Positions 1-12,687 of a stretch of DNA of 64,000 nt are shown here, piece after piece. Source of the DNA: the human T2T-CHM13v2.0 reference genome, Homo sapiens. Positions within the stretch are counted from its first letter, which is position 1, and the number at the start of each line of letters is the position of its first letter. The notes below the pieces were generated by a model, which saw nothing but the letters and a program-made list of their open reading frames with translations, had not been told where the DNA came from and made no database searches. The stretch lies in NCBI RefSeq assembly GCF_009914755.1, contig NC_060947.1. One strand, given 5' to 3'. Made by a program: the position numbers and the translations under genes.

Positions 1-1167
1 AACAGCCCATCCTACCAAGTTGCAAAGTTTGGTTGGATTCTGAGCTGATGCTGTACCACCAGCCTCCCAGATTTCAGGGTTGGCTGTGCTTTTGTGTCCA
101 TTTTCATCAAAAGCAACTCATGGCCTGGTCAGAGGAGCAGCACAAGGGTCCTAAAGGGTTCCATCTGAAGTGATCATCATTTCTCTTCCTCTGGGGATCT
201 GAGAAACTTCAGGCAAGCCCACCAAGACTCAGACAGAAGCCCCCGGATCTCTGGAAGGTCCTTTTTTATCAGTCTGAGAGACCTCAAGCTGGGTGACTGG
301 AAGCTGACATGCCTTCTATTTATTTATGAAATTTGTAACTGTGGAAATTAGCCTTAGAAGTTGTAGACCCATTACTATTAGCTTTATCGTCCTGCTAAGA
401 CATACCCTGAGGCATCCTCCAGATTGAATCCTATTGTGCTTTGCAATAAACCCATAATTGATAATGCCACGGAGCTTTAATATGGATGGAGAAATGAAAT
501 CTAGAAAGTAAATACATTCAGAATTTTGCTAGCAGGCTGAATTTAAAACTGATTTTCTGAACCTACCAGGATTATTCCAACTCAATAATGATTTAATTTG
601 AGTGAGCCACCCTGAGAGCTCTTGCGGATGTGGGGAGGGAGGACAAGTGTAGCCTGGTTTCTCACAGGGGCCCCTTAAAGAACTTTATCCTGCATTTTGC
701 ACCTGTAAGTTTGTGAAGATAAAATTAAATTCTGAAATTATACATGATGGGCCAGTAAATAACACAGGCATTAGGGCCCTGGCTGCTGTTCCAGTGTCCT
801 GATGCAATCACCTGTCACTAACACTATCAGCAGAGGGACACTGATTCGGTTCGCTTCCACAAGGCAAGCAATTATGCTGTGTTCCTACATGAGCAGGGCA
901 GCAGCAGGGAGGGACAGGTCAGAGAAAGAAGGCTGTCTTCATAACTCCTGGCCTGGAAAGAGCCACTCTGGCTGCAGGTGTTGGGAGAGGCTCCATAGGT
1001 GGTCTGCTGGCTGCCTCTTAGGAGAACGGAGCCCTGAGGAAATCCATTCCACTTGACTCCTAATAGACTTTCAGGGAGACAAGATAAGAGAGCCCAGATT
1101 GCCACCTTCTCTGGATCATCTGCCATCAAAGAGAGGGTTAGCAATCAGCTATCCACTGGATGGGATT

Positions 1168-1860
1168 GTGTGATTCAAAGTTTGAATTCTGGAGCCAGAC
1201 TGCATGGGCTCAAGACCTGGCTTTATCACTTGCTAATGGTGTGGCCTTGGAACAATTGTGTAACCTCTTTCTGGGCCTCAGTTTCTTGAATTGTAAAAGT
1301 GAGATGTGGAAGATTCAATTGTTCAGGAAGCCAATCCTAAGATGGAGACTGGCATGCAAGAAGGTAATTAGGGCACACTCTCCACACCAACACTTGTGAA
1401 AGGGTAGGGAAGGAAGCAGTGTAGGCCGAGGGAGAAGTACAGATGTAAAGGAGTCACATCAATGAACGCTTCAGCAGACTCCCTCTTGGGGGGATCTGAC
1501 ATTGGGATGATCCAGGGTTGGGGGTGCAGGGTTGAGCTTTTATACTCCTGTATTGATCAGTAGTTGCATGAGGTTTGCTGACTCTTTTGAACTGAGGCAT
1601 TCTTGAAGAGACTGATAGCTTAGGACCATCTGCAGACAGCCATCCCAGCAAGAGGGTGGGGAGAGGGGTAGAGAAAAAGAAACTGTTGCTCCTAAAGAGG
1701 TTGGGGGATTTGAGGGAGGCATACAGTTTTCACTGCAGACAATAAATACAATAACCTACTTCACAAAGTTAGGTGGCTTAATATGCATACAATGCTGATG
1801 AAAGCAGTGCCTGGAACAAAGTAGGTGCTATGGAAGGAAGTGTTAGCTATTTTTATTATA
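1168..1860 (+). mobile_element. MIR SINE split by an ERVL LTR (MIR parts ~1168-1304 and ~1738-1860)
   Basis: MIR core TCTGGGCCTCAGTTTCTTGAATTGTAAAA, resuming after 1738 with AGCAGTGCCTGGAACAAAGTAGGTGCT. Confidence 0.8.
1305..1737 (-). mobile_element. ERVL solo LTR, LTR16 family
   Basis: GGAAGCCAATCCTAAGATGGAGACTGGCATGCAAGAAGG...ACACTTGTGAAAGGGTAGGGAAGGAAGCAG resembles reverse LTR16; interrupts the MIR. Confidence 0.7.
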
Positions 1861-2125
1861 AGGTGCTCAGACCTCTTCCCATTTAAAGAACCCACGCAAC
1901 TGGCTATAACAGTGCAGGCACTTTTATGGGGAGTGTGCATAAGAGTATGAGAGGAAACATTAAGGAGCAGCAAGCTTTTGTTCTGGGTTCAGCTGGCCTA
2001 CATTTATTCCCAAAACTCATTGTGAGGAGAAGCAGGCTCTGTGTGTGGAGGGGACACCCCTAACAGAGATGACACGCTTCTTTCCTCTACTAGTTCTGGG
2101 TAAAACAACGAAACAGGCCAAGGTG

Positions 2126-2520
2126 ATGTATTTGTTTGCGTGGGCTGCCATAACAAAGTGCCACAGGCTGGGTGGTTTAAACAACAGAAATGCATTTTCT
2201 CACAATTCAATAGGCTGGAAGTCCAAGATCAAGGTGTTGGCAGAGTTTTTTTCTGAGGCCTCTCTCCTTGCCTTGCAGAGGGCTGCCCATCACCTGGCAT
2301 CCTGTGTCCTGCATGTGCACCCCTGATGTCTTTCTCTGTGTCCAAATTTCCTCTTCTTATAAGGACATCAGCCCTATTGGATAAAGGACCCAATCTAATA
2401 GCCTCATTTAACTTAATCGTATCATTAAAGGCCCTGTCTCCAAATATGGTCACATTCTGAGGTACTGGGGATTAAGGCTTCAACATATGAATTTGGTAGG
2501 GGGGATCACAGTCATTCCCC
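2126..2520 (-). mobile_element. MaLR solo LTR, MLT1A/B-like
   Basis: GGGCTGCCATAACAAAGTGCCACAGGCTGGGTGGTTTAAACAACAGAAAT...GTCACATTCTGAGGTACTGGGGATTAAGGCTTCAACATATGAATTT. Confidence 0.9.
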
Positions 2521-2924
2521 TATTTCCTCAATTGAGGTCTGCTCACCCCCTCCAGCTGCACTTCCTTACCTCATTCCATGCCCCTACTCCTCCCCCTCCC
2601 CCACCACCAAATGCTCATCTGGCTGTGCTCTAACCCTTCTAGCTCCCTTTGTCTTTCCTGCCAAAGCTTACCTGTTTATCATCCCATTTCCTCAGAGCTA
2701 TGCTGGGTGACTCCATTGCTTGTGGCTGAAAACCAAATTATACTAAGGTATAAAAGGCTGAGTATGCTACCCAGGGTTTTGATAGTATTTTTACAATAAA
2801 GATACTTCTTGGGGTGGCAATTTCATGGGGGTGTGGGTGACTTTTGTTGACGGGTGAATGGTAAGACATTTTGGAGCTGGTGAGAATTTGGACTTATTGG
2901 CTAAATCACACTGAGATTTTGTCA

Positions 2925-3102
2925 TCTAGCCCGGGGCTTCACAGAGTTAGCGGTGCACAGGAATCCCCTGGGGATCTTGTTAAAATTCAGATTCTGATTC
3001 AGGATGTCTGGGTGGAGCCTGACATTCTGCATTTCTAACCAGCTCCCAGCTGCTGCTGATGCTGCTGGTCGAGGTGCCACACTTTGAGAAGCAAAGGCCT
3101 AG
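2925..3102. mobile_element. MER5A (hAT-Charlie non-autonomous DNA transposon)
   Basis: GAATCCCCTGGGGATCTTGTTAAAATTCAGATTCTG...TCTGCATTTCTAACCAGCTCCCAG...CACACTTTGAGAAGCA. Confidence 0.85.
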
Positions 3103-4419
3103 ACCACATGTTTGGAATTTGGGATGTCACCTATGGTTCAGCCCTCAGTGGCTACAACAGCTCTGGCTTTGAATCATGAAGGTCCCTCTCACAATGCTGA
3201 GGGAGGTTTCTGGAGAGAAGGGACCTCAGAGGCCCCGGCTTCTATGGATCCCAATCCACATTCTTCTTCAGTGCAGTCTTGGGCAGGGAGGAAAGGTGAA
3301 TTTGGGCAGAGGGGAGCAACGGCACAGGAAAAAGGACAGGATCTCTCATTTGAGGAGGTTGTAGAGAGTATTTAATAAGAAAGTAACCAGTATTTCAAAG
3401 GAAGGAGACTATGGAAGCTTCCGCAAACCATGTGGACCAAAAGCAGGTGTAGACCCAGGGGAGCCATGAATCTGCAAGTCACAGTGGCATATCTGGAATT
3501 TGGGGCAGAGCTGGGGGTCTGGGAGAGCAGGCCAATAATTACCAGTAATAGGCCAGTGGTCTGGGCAATGTGGGTGGGCCAGCTGAATTTCAGGACCATG
3601 AGGAGATAGACATTCCCCCCATGATCATATGATCATCACATTTGGAAGGATTTTGCAACTTAGCTACAACTATTATGTAATAATTCACTCATTTTCAGTT
3701 TTTAAAATAAAAAGCAATAAAATTATAAAGCAGGGCTTCTGATTAGCATAATCTGAAGTTTGCCCATGTTTCTTCCAGAAAAGATGTAATGCAAGCCCAA
3801 AGCAAAAGTATTTGACTTGTGAGTTGCCTGGTGGGCTTCTCAAAGACAAGCACATGGTTCCCCATCTGGATTTTGGAAATACTGACAACAGTGGATGCCT
3901 TCTCATTACTTACCTCCTTTGTATCCTGGGTCAAGAGATGTCAAGCTAGCCAAACTGACCTAGCCCAAGACTCATATTAGAGATGACAAAGTTTGTGCCC
4001 AGAAAAGGTAAAAGAAGACCCTTGGTCCCTGTTGAAAAAGGAAGAACAAAGCAGTGGCAGGCTAGGCAGGACTAAGGGCAGGCCAGACCTCTCCCCTGAA
4101 CCAAACAAGGGACAGTTCTTTAAGCCCTCTGTTTCTAGATGTTAGAGGAAGGTAATTGGGAAGAAATTAGTTCCACTTAACAAGACTTGATTAAGCCTCT
4201 GTTTTGAGGAAGGCAGAAACTGTGGTTGACTCTGGAAGGTAGGGATGACCAGCACAGGTTTCTGCCCCAAGAGCCCTAAGTTTGAGTTAGATTGGTAGGG
4301 TGGACTTGAGTTGACATTGAGCCCACCCTGAACCACATGACTTCAGGACACATAACTCTTTGGTAAGGCTTTTTTATTTCCGCTAAGATTTTTCTTGATA
4401 TCAACCCAAAATTCCACTC

Positions 4420-4785
4420 TCCACTCATGCATTCCCTCACCCACCACTCATCTGTCATCCATCCAGTGTCTTACAACCACTCCCATATCCAATCCACATA
4501 TTCACCACCCATCCACCTATTGCTCCACCAACTTGCCTCCCATTCTATATCCATGCATCCACCGACCATCCATCCAATCACATGCCCTCTATCTCACTGT
4601 CAGCCACCACCTATCCATGTCTCCTTCTATCCACCATCCACCTAGCTATTCATTCACAAACCCACCCATCTCCCACCTACTTATCTATCCTACCCACCAC
4701 CTCTCCATTCACTCATCCTTCCACCCACACACCACCCTCCCAGAATCCATTCATCCATTTACATATCTATCTGATTCTTTATTCA
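4420..4785. repeat. Degenerate (CCAT)n simple repeat grown from an L2 tail
   Basis: Repeated CCAT/CCAC/TCAT units running into ATTCATTCAACATTTATTGAG. Confidence 0.85.
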
Positions 4786-5790
4786 TTCAACATTTATTGA
4801 GAGATATAGTGGTGAGTAAGTCCCACTCTATATCCTCTGGACATTCACAATTTAGCATATAAAGATAATATCATTTGATAAAAAGTTTACTAGGGAAATA
4901 GAACAGGAAGAATTAATGATGAACTGACTGGAAGCATCAGAAAACAGTGCCTAGATGAGAGGGCATTTGAGCTGGGCCTGGAAGATATTATGGATTTCAC
5001 CAGTCATTCCTGGCAGAGGAAGCAGCCTAAACAAGGATTTGCAGGTGTGAAGAAACACTCTGAAGTTTTGTGAATTGTTGTGAACAGCTGATACTTAAGA
5101 TGGTGGAAATGGGAAAAAGACTGCTAGGAGGTAAGGTTGGATAGGTTATCTGGGACCAGTCTTGAGAAAGATTTTGCATCCCATGCTATGGAGGTTGAAC
5201 TTCATTCCAAAAAGCCAGAATCATCAAAGTGCCATGACCATGATTTGTACTACAGAATAATCTCTGGTGATACTCATTAAGCTGAGAGAGAGGAAAGAAA
5301 CAAGAGGCAGAAGAACCAGTTAGAAGACGATTTCATTATTCTAAATAAGAGAGGGCAGGCATCTGGCTGTAGGAGTGGAGTGGAGATGACAAAATTTAAA
5401 AACAATTTAGGTGGTTGAGTCATTTGCATTAGTGTAACTGAGGTTTCTACCAGGGGCCACAGAGTTGACAGTGAGGTTACTTGCTAAGATGGAGCAAGAG
5501 GAACCAGACTGTGCAGCCAGAGGAAGAGGATGCGAGAAGCAATAATCTCGATTTTGCCTGAGAAACAGGTGAATCTGGAATACTAAAGGCAGGTGGTATT
5601 CAGTCCAGAACTCAGAAAAGGTACCCTTCAGGTGGTAGGTGTGGCTGGGGCATAAGGGGTGCATAGAGAGACCAGAAGGGCAAAATAGAATGCTGGGTAG
5701 CATGAGACATTAGGGTGGCAACAAAGAATGCTTACCAATGGGAAACAAGGAAACTGAGAAACCAGATGCCAAGTGAGAAGAGATTTTTTC
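4775..5790 (-). mobile_element. L2 LINE 3' portion, decayed
   Basis: ATTCATTCAACATTTATTGAG tail; GGCATTTGAGCTGGGCCTGGAAGAT; GGCAGAAGAACCAGTTAGAAGAC. Confidence 0.75.
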
Positions 5791-5827
5791 ATAAATATTA
5801 TCATTATTTTGTGTGCTATTCTTGTTA

Positions 5828-6112
5828 TTATTTAACTTTATATTTTCAAATCATTTTAGACTTACTGAAAAGTTGTGAAAATAGTGCAGCATTCTCATAT
5901 ACCCTTCACTCTGTTTTCCATAATTTTAATGACTTGCCTAACTGTAGTACACATATCAAAATCAGAAAATTAACATAAGCACAATACTATTAACTAAACT
6001 ACTGATTTCATGCATGTTCACCAGTTTTTCCACTAGTGTCATTTTTTTATGTTCCAGGATCCAATCCATGATATCATGTTCTACATTTAGTTGTGTCTTT
6101 TTAGTGTCTTCT
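5828..6112 (-). mobile_element. Old L1 3' end (L1MC4/5-like)
   Basis: TTTTAGACTTACTGAAAAGTTGTGAAAATAGT...GTTCCAGGATCCAATCCATGAT...CATTTAGTTGT. Confidence 0.75.
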
Positions 6113-6227
6113 AGTCATTGAGGAGAGGAATTTGAGGAGAAAGAAATGGCCCAAGTTAAATACTGAAGATAAGCCTGGTGGGATGAGTATTATAAAGATA
6201 CTATTAGTCTTGGTAATTGTTGGAGTC

Positions 6228-6740
6228 TGCTCCAGTTTCTATTGCTGCATGATATATTATCCCAAAGCTTAGTCCCTTAAAACAATAGCAATCATTTTAT
6301 TATCTCTCAGTTTCAAACAGGGCACAGCAGAGATAGCTTGTCTTTACCCCACGATGTCAGGGCCTCACTAAGGAGACTCAAAGTCTGGGGGCTGGAATCA
6401 TCTGGAAGCATCTTCACACACATGTCTGATAGTAGATACGGGCTGCTGGCTGGAACCTTAGCTGAGCTATCAGCCAGAGCACCAACATGTGGCCACTCTG
6501 TGTGGCTGCTGGGCAGGCTTCCTTACAGCATGGTGGCTAGATTCTAAGAGTGAGTACCTCAACAGGTGAAAGCTGAAGAAATCACACACTGTCATTCCAC
6601 TACAGTCATAGACATGCTCAGATTCAGGGTTGGGGGGAACATAAACCCCGTGTCTTGAAGAAAGGACTGGCAATGTCACATTATAAGGTGATCACATGGT
6701 ATGGGAAAGCGTTTTATGGCCATCTTGGAAAATATAGTCT
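6228..6740 (-). mobile_element. MaLR solo LTR, MLT1F/G/H-like
   Basis: TTTCTATTGCTGCATGATATATTATCCCAAAGCTTAGT...GGGGCTGGAATCATCTGGAAG...GGCCATCTTGGAAAATA. Confidence 0.8.
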
Positions 6741-7019
6741 CAATAAGGCTTTCAGTTTTCAGGGGTGTGGTGGGACAAAAAGTTAGGTTGAGACGAGCAT
6801 GGGGTAAAATAGCAATAAGGAGCTAGAGAGAGCATGTTGTATATTTTCATAGGTAATTTGGTATTTTAAGGGCACAGGGCACCTTGAAGAGGAAGTGTAG
6901 GAAGCAAGCGTTTATTTTAGGAAAAGAGATAAATTGAATGTGTAGAGAGGACTAGATTGCAGAGATTAAAGAAATAATTGGTGGAACAAATTTCCTGAGA
7001 AAACTAAGAGGGATAGCAT

Positions 7020-7255
7020 CATGCAGTTGCCAAGAAAATGGGCCCTGGAGCCAGATGGTCTGTGTTCAAGTCCTCACTCTCCTAATCACTACTGGGTAGC
7101 CTTGAGTAAGTTGCTTCTCCTCTTTGCACCTCAGTTTTCCCACCTTTAAAATGAAGAAAATAATAGAGCAAACCTTTTAGAGTTGTTCTCAGTAGAAGAT
7201 AAAATATTGAAAGTGTGGCTGGAACAGAGTGAATTGCTCATAGCATGTTAGCTAC
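7020..7255 (+). mobile_element. MIR SINE
   Basis: CTGGAGCCAGATGGTCTGTGTTCAAGTCCT...CCTCAGTTTTCCCACCTTTAAAATG. Confidence 0.8.
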
Positions 7256-8065
7256 ACATAGCTAAGAATCAGGACAAGGGAGGTGTCATTCTGAACAAGG
7301 AAAAGGAGTTATTCTTGGCAAGGAAAGGGGATGCTTTTCTTCAGAAAAGAATGAAAAACAGAAAAAAGTAAAGTTTGAAGGCAGGGGAGATGGAATCTGG
7401 AGAATTTATGCCTCAACTTGCCTTTGATTTGTCTTCCAATTAGGAAATTAGGGCACGTAACAAGACTGAGGGAGCTGTAACTGGGTTGTGAGCTTGAGGA
7501 GAGAAGAAAAAGTTAGGAGCAGCCACCTTAATGGGAAATGGTGAGTGGGGACAGTGGGGCTGGGTGGGGATTCCCTAGGCTGGGTAAAAGATGACCACCC
7601 TTTGTCAGTAGTTCTGCTGAAGTGGAAAAAGATCAGTTTACAATCTCCTTCTGAGACACAGTTGTAAGATTCTTTCCAACAGGGTGACTGGTATTGGAGG
7701 GGAAAAACAAAGGTTTGGTACTCTGGTAGAAAGACCAAGGTGGAAGGATACTGAGGATGCTGATAAGGTCATGATGCTAACGACTGGCAGTGGGGGATGT
7801 CCAAGCCAGTCTGGGAAAGAGAGGAGAGAGTGTTTACTGAGGAATGGGAGAAGAGGAGAGCCTGGGGGCCTGGTGGACACAGGAGGGTTAGATCAAAGAA
7901 ATGAGAGAGTGAGAGGATAGGAAATGGTGGTTAAGGAAGAAAATTTCTGAGCTGGCAGCTTTCACATGTACACAGAACATGGCCAGAAAAGAAGTGTACA
8001 CACATTATTTGCTTTGGCCCTTTTCTACCCACTAGGATTCTGCCTTTACCTACTTCCTACCTGGT

Positions 8066-8436
8066 TGTCTTCCTTTCTGCTGCTATAACAGCATACTACA
8101 GGCTGGGTAATTTAGAACTTTAGAATAAAGAATATAACTTTATTTGGCTCATGTTTCTAGAGGCTGGGAAGTCTAAGAACATGGCACAGTCATCTGGTGA
8201 AAGCCGTCATGCTTCATCATTCCATGGCAAAAGGGAAAATGAGCATATGAGACAGGAAGAAAAAGGGAGCCAAACTCCCACAATGCCTAGCCCACTCCTG
8301 CAATAATGGGATTAATCCATTCATGAGAGCAAAGCTCTCATGACCTAATAACCTCTTAAAGGGCCCACCTCTCAACACTGTTATAATAGCAATTACATTT
8401 CAACATGAGTTTGGAGGGGACATTCAAATCATAGCA
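8066..8436 (-). mobile_element. MaLR solo LTR, MSTC/MSTD-like
   Basis: TG...CA termini, GCTGCTATAACAGCATACTACAGGCTGGGTAATTTA...ACATTCAAATCATAGCA; near-TSD CTGGT/CTGGC. Confidence 0.88.
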
Positions 8437-9029
8437 CTGGCCTTTCTCATGAAGCTCACCCAACACACACACACACCCACATACTCACATACAGTCTTAC
8501 TCAGGTCCTCTGATCCCTGTGTTGCTAAGGTTTCTTGCTAGGACATCCCACAAAATCCCTGGCGGTTGCTAATGCTCACCAAAAGAGAAAGAAAGGCTTG
8601 AGAGTGTGGAGAACAAAAAAGGAGTCACCCAGACTTGAGATAATAAGAAATGTTGGGCATGTTGAGTGACCCAGCCTGTTAGTGCCCTGAGGCCTGGCAT
8701 CTCAGTGTGTGAAATGCGAAAGTTATTTTTATGTGAAATTTCCCACAGTCTTGTCACCTGGCGCATCCTGCCCGGGTGGTGTTGATGTAAAAACAACTTG
8801 AAAGAAAAACAAACCAGAAAAATGAAGAAGTTCACATTCGTTAAGCAAAGAAAACATTTCCCTCCTAAAATTAACTCTGAAACTCTATCTTGGTGGTTGA
8901 CTGTGACAGAGGGAGGGCATGAAATAAAAGACAGTATTATTTAGATTTAGGGCATACTTCCTAGTCCATGGGGTTCAGCAAGTTTCTAAAACTGTAGGAT
9001 TCTTTGCATTATCTAAGTAATAATAACTA

Positions 9030-9280
9030 CAATAATAAAACTTCTTATTTATTGATAGCTTACTATGTTCTGGTCACAATGACAAGCACTTTTCCTACAT
9101 TTTCCCATTTAATCCTCGTAACACTCCTATGAGGCAGATGTTATAATTCTCCATTTACAGAAAAAGAAACTTAAAGCTTCAATTAAATAATTTACCCAAT
9201 ATAACACAGCAAATGATAAAACTGGATTTGAATCCAAGAGTATTTGATCCCCTGAATCCAGGTTTAGTCACTTCACTATA
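9030..9280 (-). mobile_element. MIR SINE
   Basis: CATTTAATCCTCGTAACACTCCTATGAGGCAG...CCATTTACAGAAAAAGAAACT. Confidence 0.8.
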
Positions 9281-9399
9281 TGGAAAATATGGAAAAGAAA
9301 AAAAAAATTCACTCAAAAGCAGCATTGTGACATAGTGTTTGGGTGTATTTTCACCTTGCCTCTTTTCATGTTTTAATTTGTGTGTGTTTGTGAGTATGA

Positions 9400-10300
9400 A
9401 TCTATGTAATTATCACATACTGCTTTAAGCAAATTTTCTTCCCCTTCCCAGTCAACATTATACAACGTTTCTTCGCCCATGGTACTATCCAATCATCCTA
9501 GCCATCATTTTAAATATATTCATAATGTTTCATCTGGTAAATGCACCACAATTTATTCTATCAGTCCCTTGTAGCTGAAAGTTTAGATTTGGTATTTGTG
9601 TTGCTGCTGTTATAGTATTCCCCTGCATACAGTGTTTTTCAGATTTATGATCTTGTCTTTAGACTAGATTCCTTTGGATAGAAGTGGAATTGCTAAGTCT
9701 AGCCATATGAACATTTTTATGGATCTTAATTTGTGTTTACCAAATGCCTTCCCAACATAGTTTTATTAATTGACATCATTGTCAGCAATAATTTTGCCAC
9801 ACCCTCAGCAGCACTAGGTAAGATTTTAGGCAATTTTATAGGAAAAAATGGCACCTCATTATTTTAATTTGCAATTATTTTCTTACTAGTGAGGCACGAC
9901 ATTCTTCTAAATGTTTGTGAACTAGTTGTATTTTCTCTTTGGCAAATTATCTACTCTTGTTCTTTGCCCATTGAAATATTAACAACTGAATGCTTTTGTT
10001 TTCTCTCCATTTTCTGATTTCTATATAAAAATAAATTTGCTGCAGTATTTTATAAATGTTGTGTGCATGTATGTTATATATATAAACAAATATTTTTAAC
10101 TAAGAATAACTATAAAGTTAAACTGGTTAGTCTCTTTCCTTTCTGGTGTCTTCTGTCATTTCAACACATAGAAAGTTCTTCTTCCCCCAGAGGTTTGCTA
10201 AATGTACACTTCTATTTCCTTCTGGTTTTTCTACTAGATATTTTAAAAATTATATGTCTCTCTTTAATCCATGTGATATTTATTTTGTGTATGTAGTGAA
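9400..10300 (-). mobile_element. Ancient L1 (L1ME-like) fragment
   Basis: AGAAGTGGAATTGCTAAGTC, CACCTCATTATTTTAATTTGCA, TCTTTAATCCATGTGATATTTATTTTGTGTATG typical of reverse L1 ORF2 3' region. Confidence 0.7.
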
Positions 10301-10659
10301 AGAGGATGGCTGACTCCAAAGAAGACCACCAGCCCTTCCTTGAACAATGAAATTCATAGACAATCCAACAACAACAAATGGAAACCAACTAATCATTTCA
10401 CATTATTCCTCAGCTAAGTCTTTCCAAAGAACTGATAGATTATGTCATAAAATTGACTGGGGAAAGTTTATTTCCCTTGTCCAGCCTTTGGTTGAAGGGC
10501 TGATAAACTGTGAAATGACTCAAAAGAAAGCAGACAAAGGGCCTGGGTAGCCCATAAACTGGTCAATAAACCCTCCTCCCCCAACAATTGAGAGGTACAT
10601 ATGGAATGCCAAGCACCAAGTCAAGAACTCACTGAGACAATAATAGGATACAGAGAATA

Positions 10660-11450
10660 GTTTTCAGTCTTCACTTTTCTAGGCGTCTATGTAGCATTTG
10701 ACACTGTTTGCCAATTTACAGAATCTCCCTACTCCCTTGACTTCCCTTAAACCATCTCCTGTTCTCTGAACTCTTCAACTATTCCTCAATCTCCTTTTCT
10801 GGCTCCACTCCTTTAATGTTTATCTTTCCTGGATTTTGTCTTCAACCTTCTTTGTTCCTCCTTCTGCTCACTTTCCCTGGATAAACTCATCTGCTCGCAT
10901 GGCTTCAATTACCATCTACATGCTGATAATTGCAAAATTCATGTCTCCTCTGAGACTATCCCTTGAACTGCTCACAGGACACATCCATCTGGAGGTTCTC
11001 ACCTGTGCTTCAAATCTATTAGATCCAAAATGAGCTCACCAGCCCACACTATCACTACCACCATCAAAATAGCCTCTTTCATTTTTCTCTCTTGGATACA
11101 CTGACTCACTAAAGGACCACATTTTCCATCTGGTTAACACTGTCCCAACCCAGTCCTTTTCATTCTACCTCCTTCAAACCCCTTAAATCCATCTCTGCTT
11201 ATTGCATTCATATGCAACCTCTTTGGTTTCAGCACCCATGTGGATTATTGCAATAGTCTCAAAACTGGCTTCCTGGACCCGCTTCAGGGATCCCTCATGG
11301 AATTTCCCAGGAAAGATGCACAGGGCCTTTTGTGATAAAGCCCATGCTTACTTTCTCATTCTTATTTCTTTTCCCTCCATCCCCAACACCCCACACAGTA
11401 GCATGACTTTGTGCATGCTATTCTTACCGCCTATAATGCCGTCCTTTGCC
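10660..11450 (+). mobile_element. L2 LINE ORF2-region fragment
   Basis: GTAGCATTTGACACTGTT; GGCTTCAATTACCATCTACATGCTGATAAT (decayed HLYADD RT motif); TGGATTATTGCAATAGTCTC. Confidence 0.75.
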
Positions 11451-12173
11451 CCTGCATCCTCATTTCCAAGCTTTTGGTGGTCTTAGTGGGTCTCCTTGGC
11501 TACACCATGGCTGGACTTCATGTGCATTCTGTTAAGGTGGAGATGAGAATCAGACCCCCACCAGCCTCTCCCTTCCTCATCCTCTTGGGGCTCATCTCTG
11601 GGAATAGACACATAATATTTCATGAGGTTCGCTCTAATAAGGTTAATGGCTTGTCTAAATCCAGGTCAGAAAGCTGGATAAAATATTTTTTTCTGCCTTT
11701 TTAGGGCTTATTTGGGGACTGCCGACTTGTAAGAAAGCCAAGATGAAAGTACAATTTGATTTCCATTTTTTAAAAAAGAAAACTCACGTGTGTTTCATTC
11801 TTCACACTTGGATGCTCTTTAGTATTCTTTGTAAGATTCTTTCTCCAGGGTGGCTTAGCTGAGCTGTGTGGCTCTCAAATAAGCTTCAGGGCCAGACCTG
11901 TATTTGCATACATAATCAGAACTGCCTGTCTGCACTAGTCTCCCCAGGAGGCATCTTGCTTGGGAAAAGGCTCAGGCTGCCCCCTAAAATGTGGGTGGCA
12001 TCTTCCTGGCTAAGAGGATCCCTGACTGCTCAAAACAGCACAGTTTCTGAATGCCAGAGAGGTCTTCATATAGCCAAATTGGGTCAGCAGATTTTGTGTT
12101 CTTAATCATGTATTCTTGTTTGATTTATTAGTCTGCTACTATGTGCCAGGCACTGTGTGGGTGTTGATGATGC

Positions 12174-12687
12174 TGTCCTAGTTTGGGTTCCCCCAAAAGT
12201 AAGCCTGAGACAAGGTCTAAGATACAGATTGTTTATTCAAGAGAATACCTAGGAGGCACAATCAAGGGAATGAGAAAAGTGTGGCAGGGAAGGAAGAAAA
12301 GCTATTGACGTTAATAAGCAGGTTACCACTGGGCAACTTAGGCGCCATCTCCCTGAGGACTCTCTGAGGCACCATGTGGAACATCCTGGGAATACTCTTA
12401 AAAGAGGACCGAAAGCCTGGGGCATCAATCCACCAACTCCCATCCCTAGGGTGTTAACTTCTTTGGCCCCAGAGGTATTAATTTCCTTACATTACAGGGT
12501 TATGCCTACTGCAGCAGATCATGCTCCCAAGGTTCTGGGGAAACCCTGAGACACAGAAGCAAAAAAAGGCAGGCTCTTGAGGTTGGAAGTTATCAGTGTA
12601 CTTTGAACCATACACTGTGGCTGCAGGTAACTTGGGTCGGCCAAGGTGATACAGGCTGAGGATTAGACACCAACAGGGTCTGCTACA
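12174..12687 (-). mobile_element. ERVL solo LTR, LTR33/LTR16 family
   Basis: TGTCCTAGTTTGGGTTCCCCCAAAAGTAAGCCTGAGACAAGG...CACCAACAGGGTCTGCTACA; near-TSD GATGC/GATGG. Confidence 0.82.

Noticed and set aside
4395-4862. 155-aa His/Pro/Ser-rich ORF
   Set aside because: Translation of a (CCAT)n repeat and L2 tail; TTG start; no domain.
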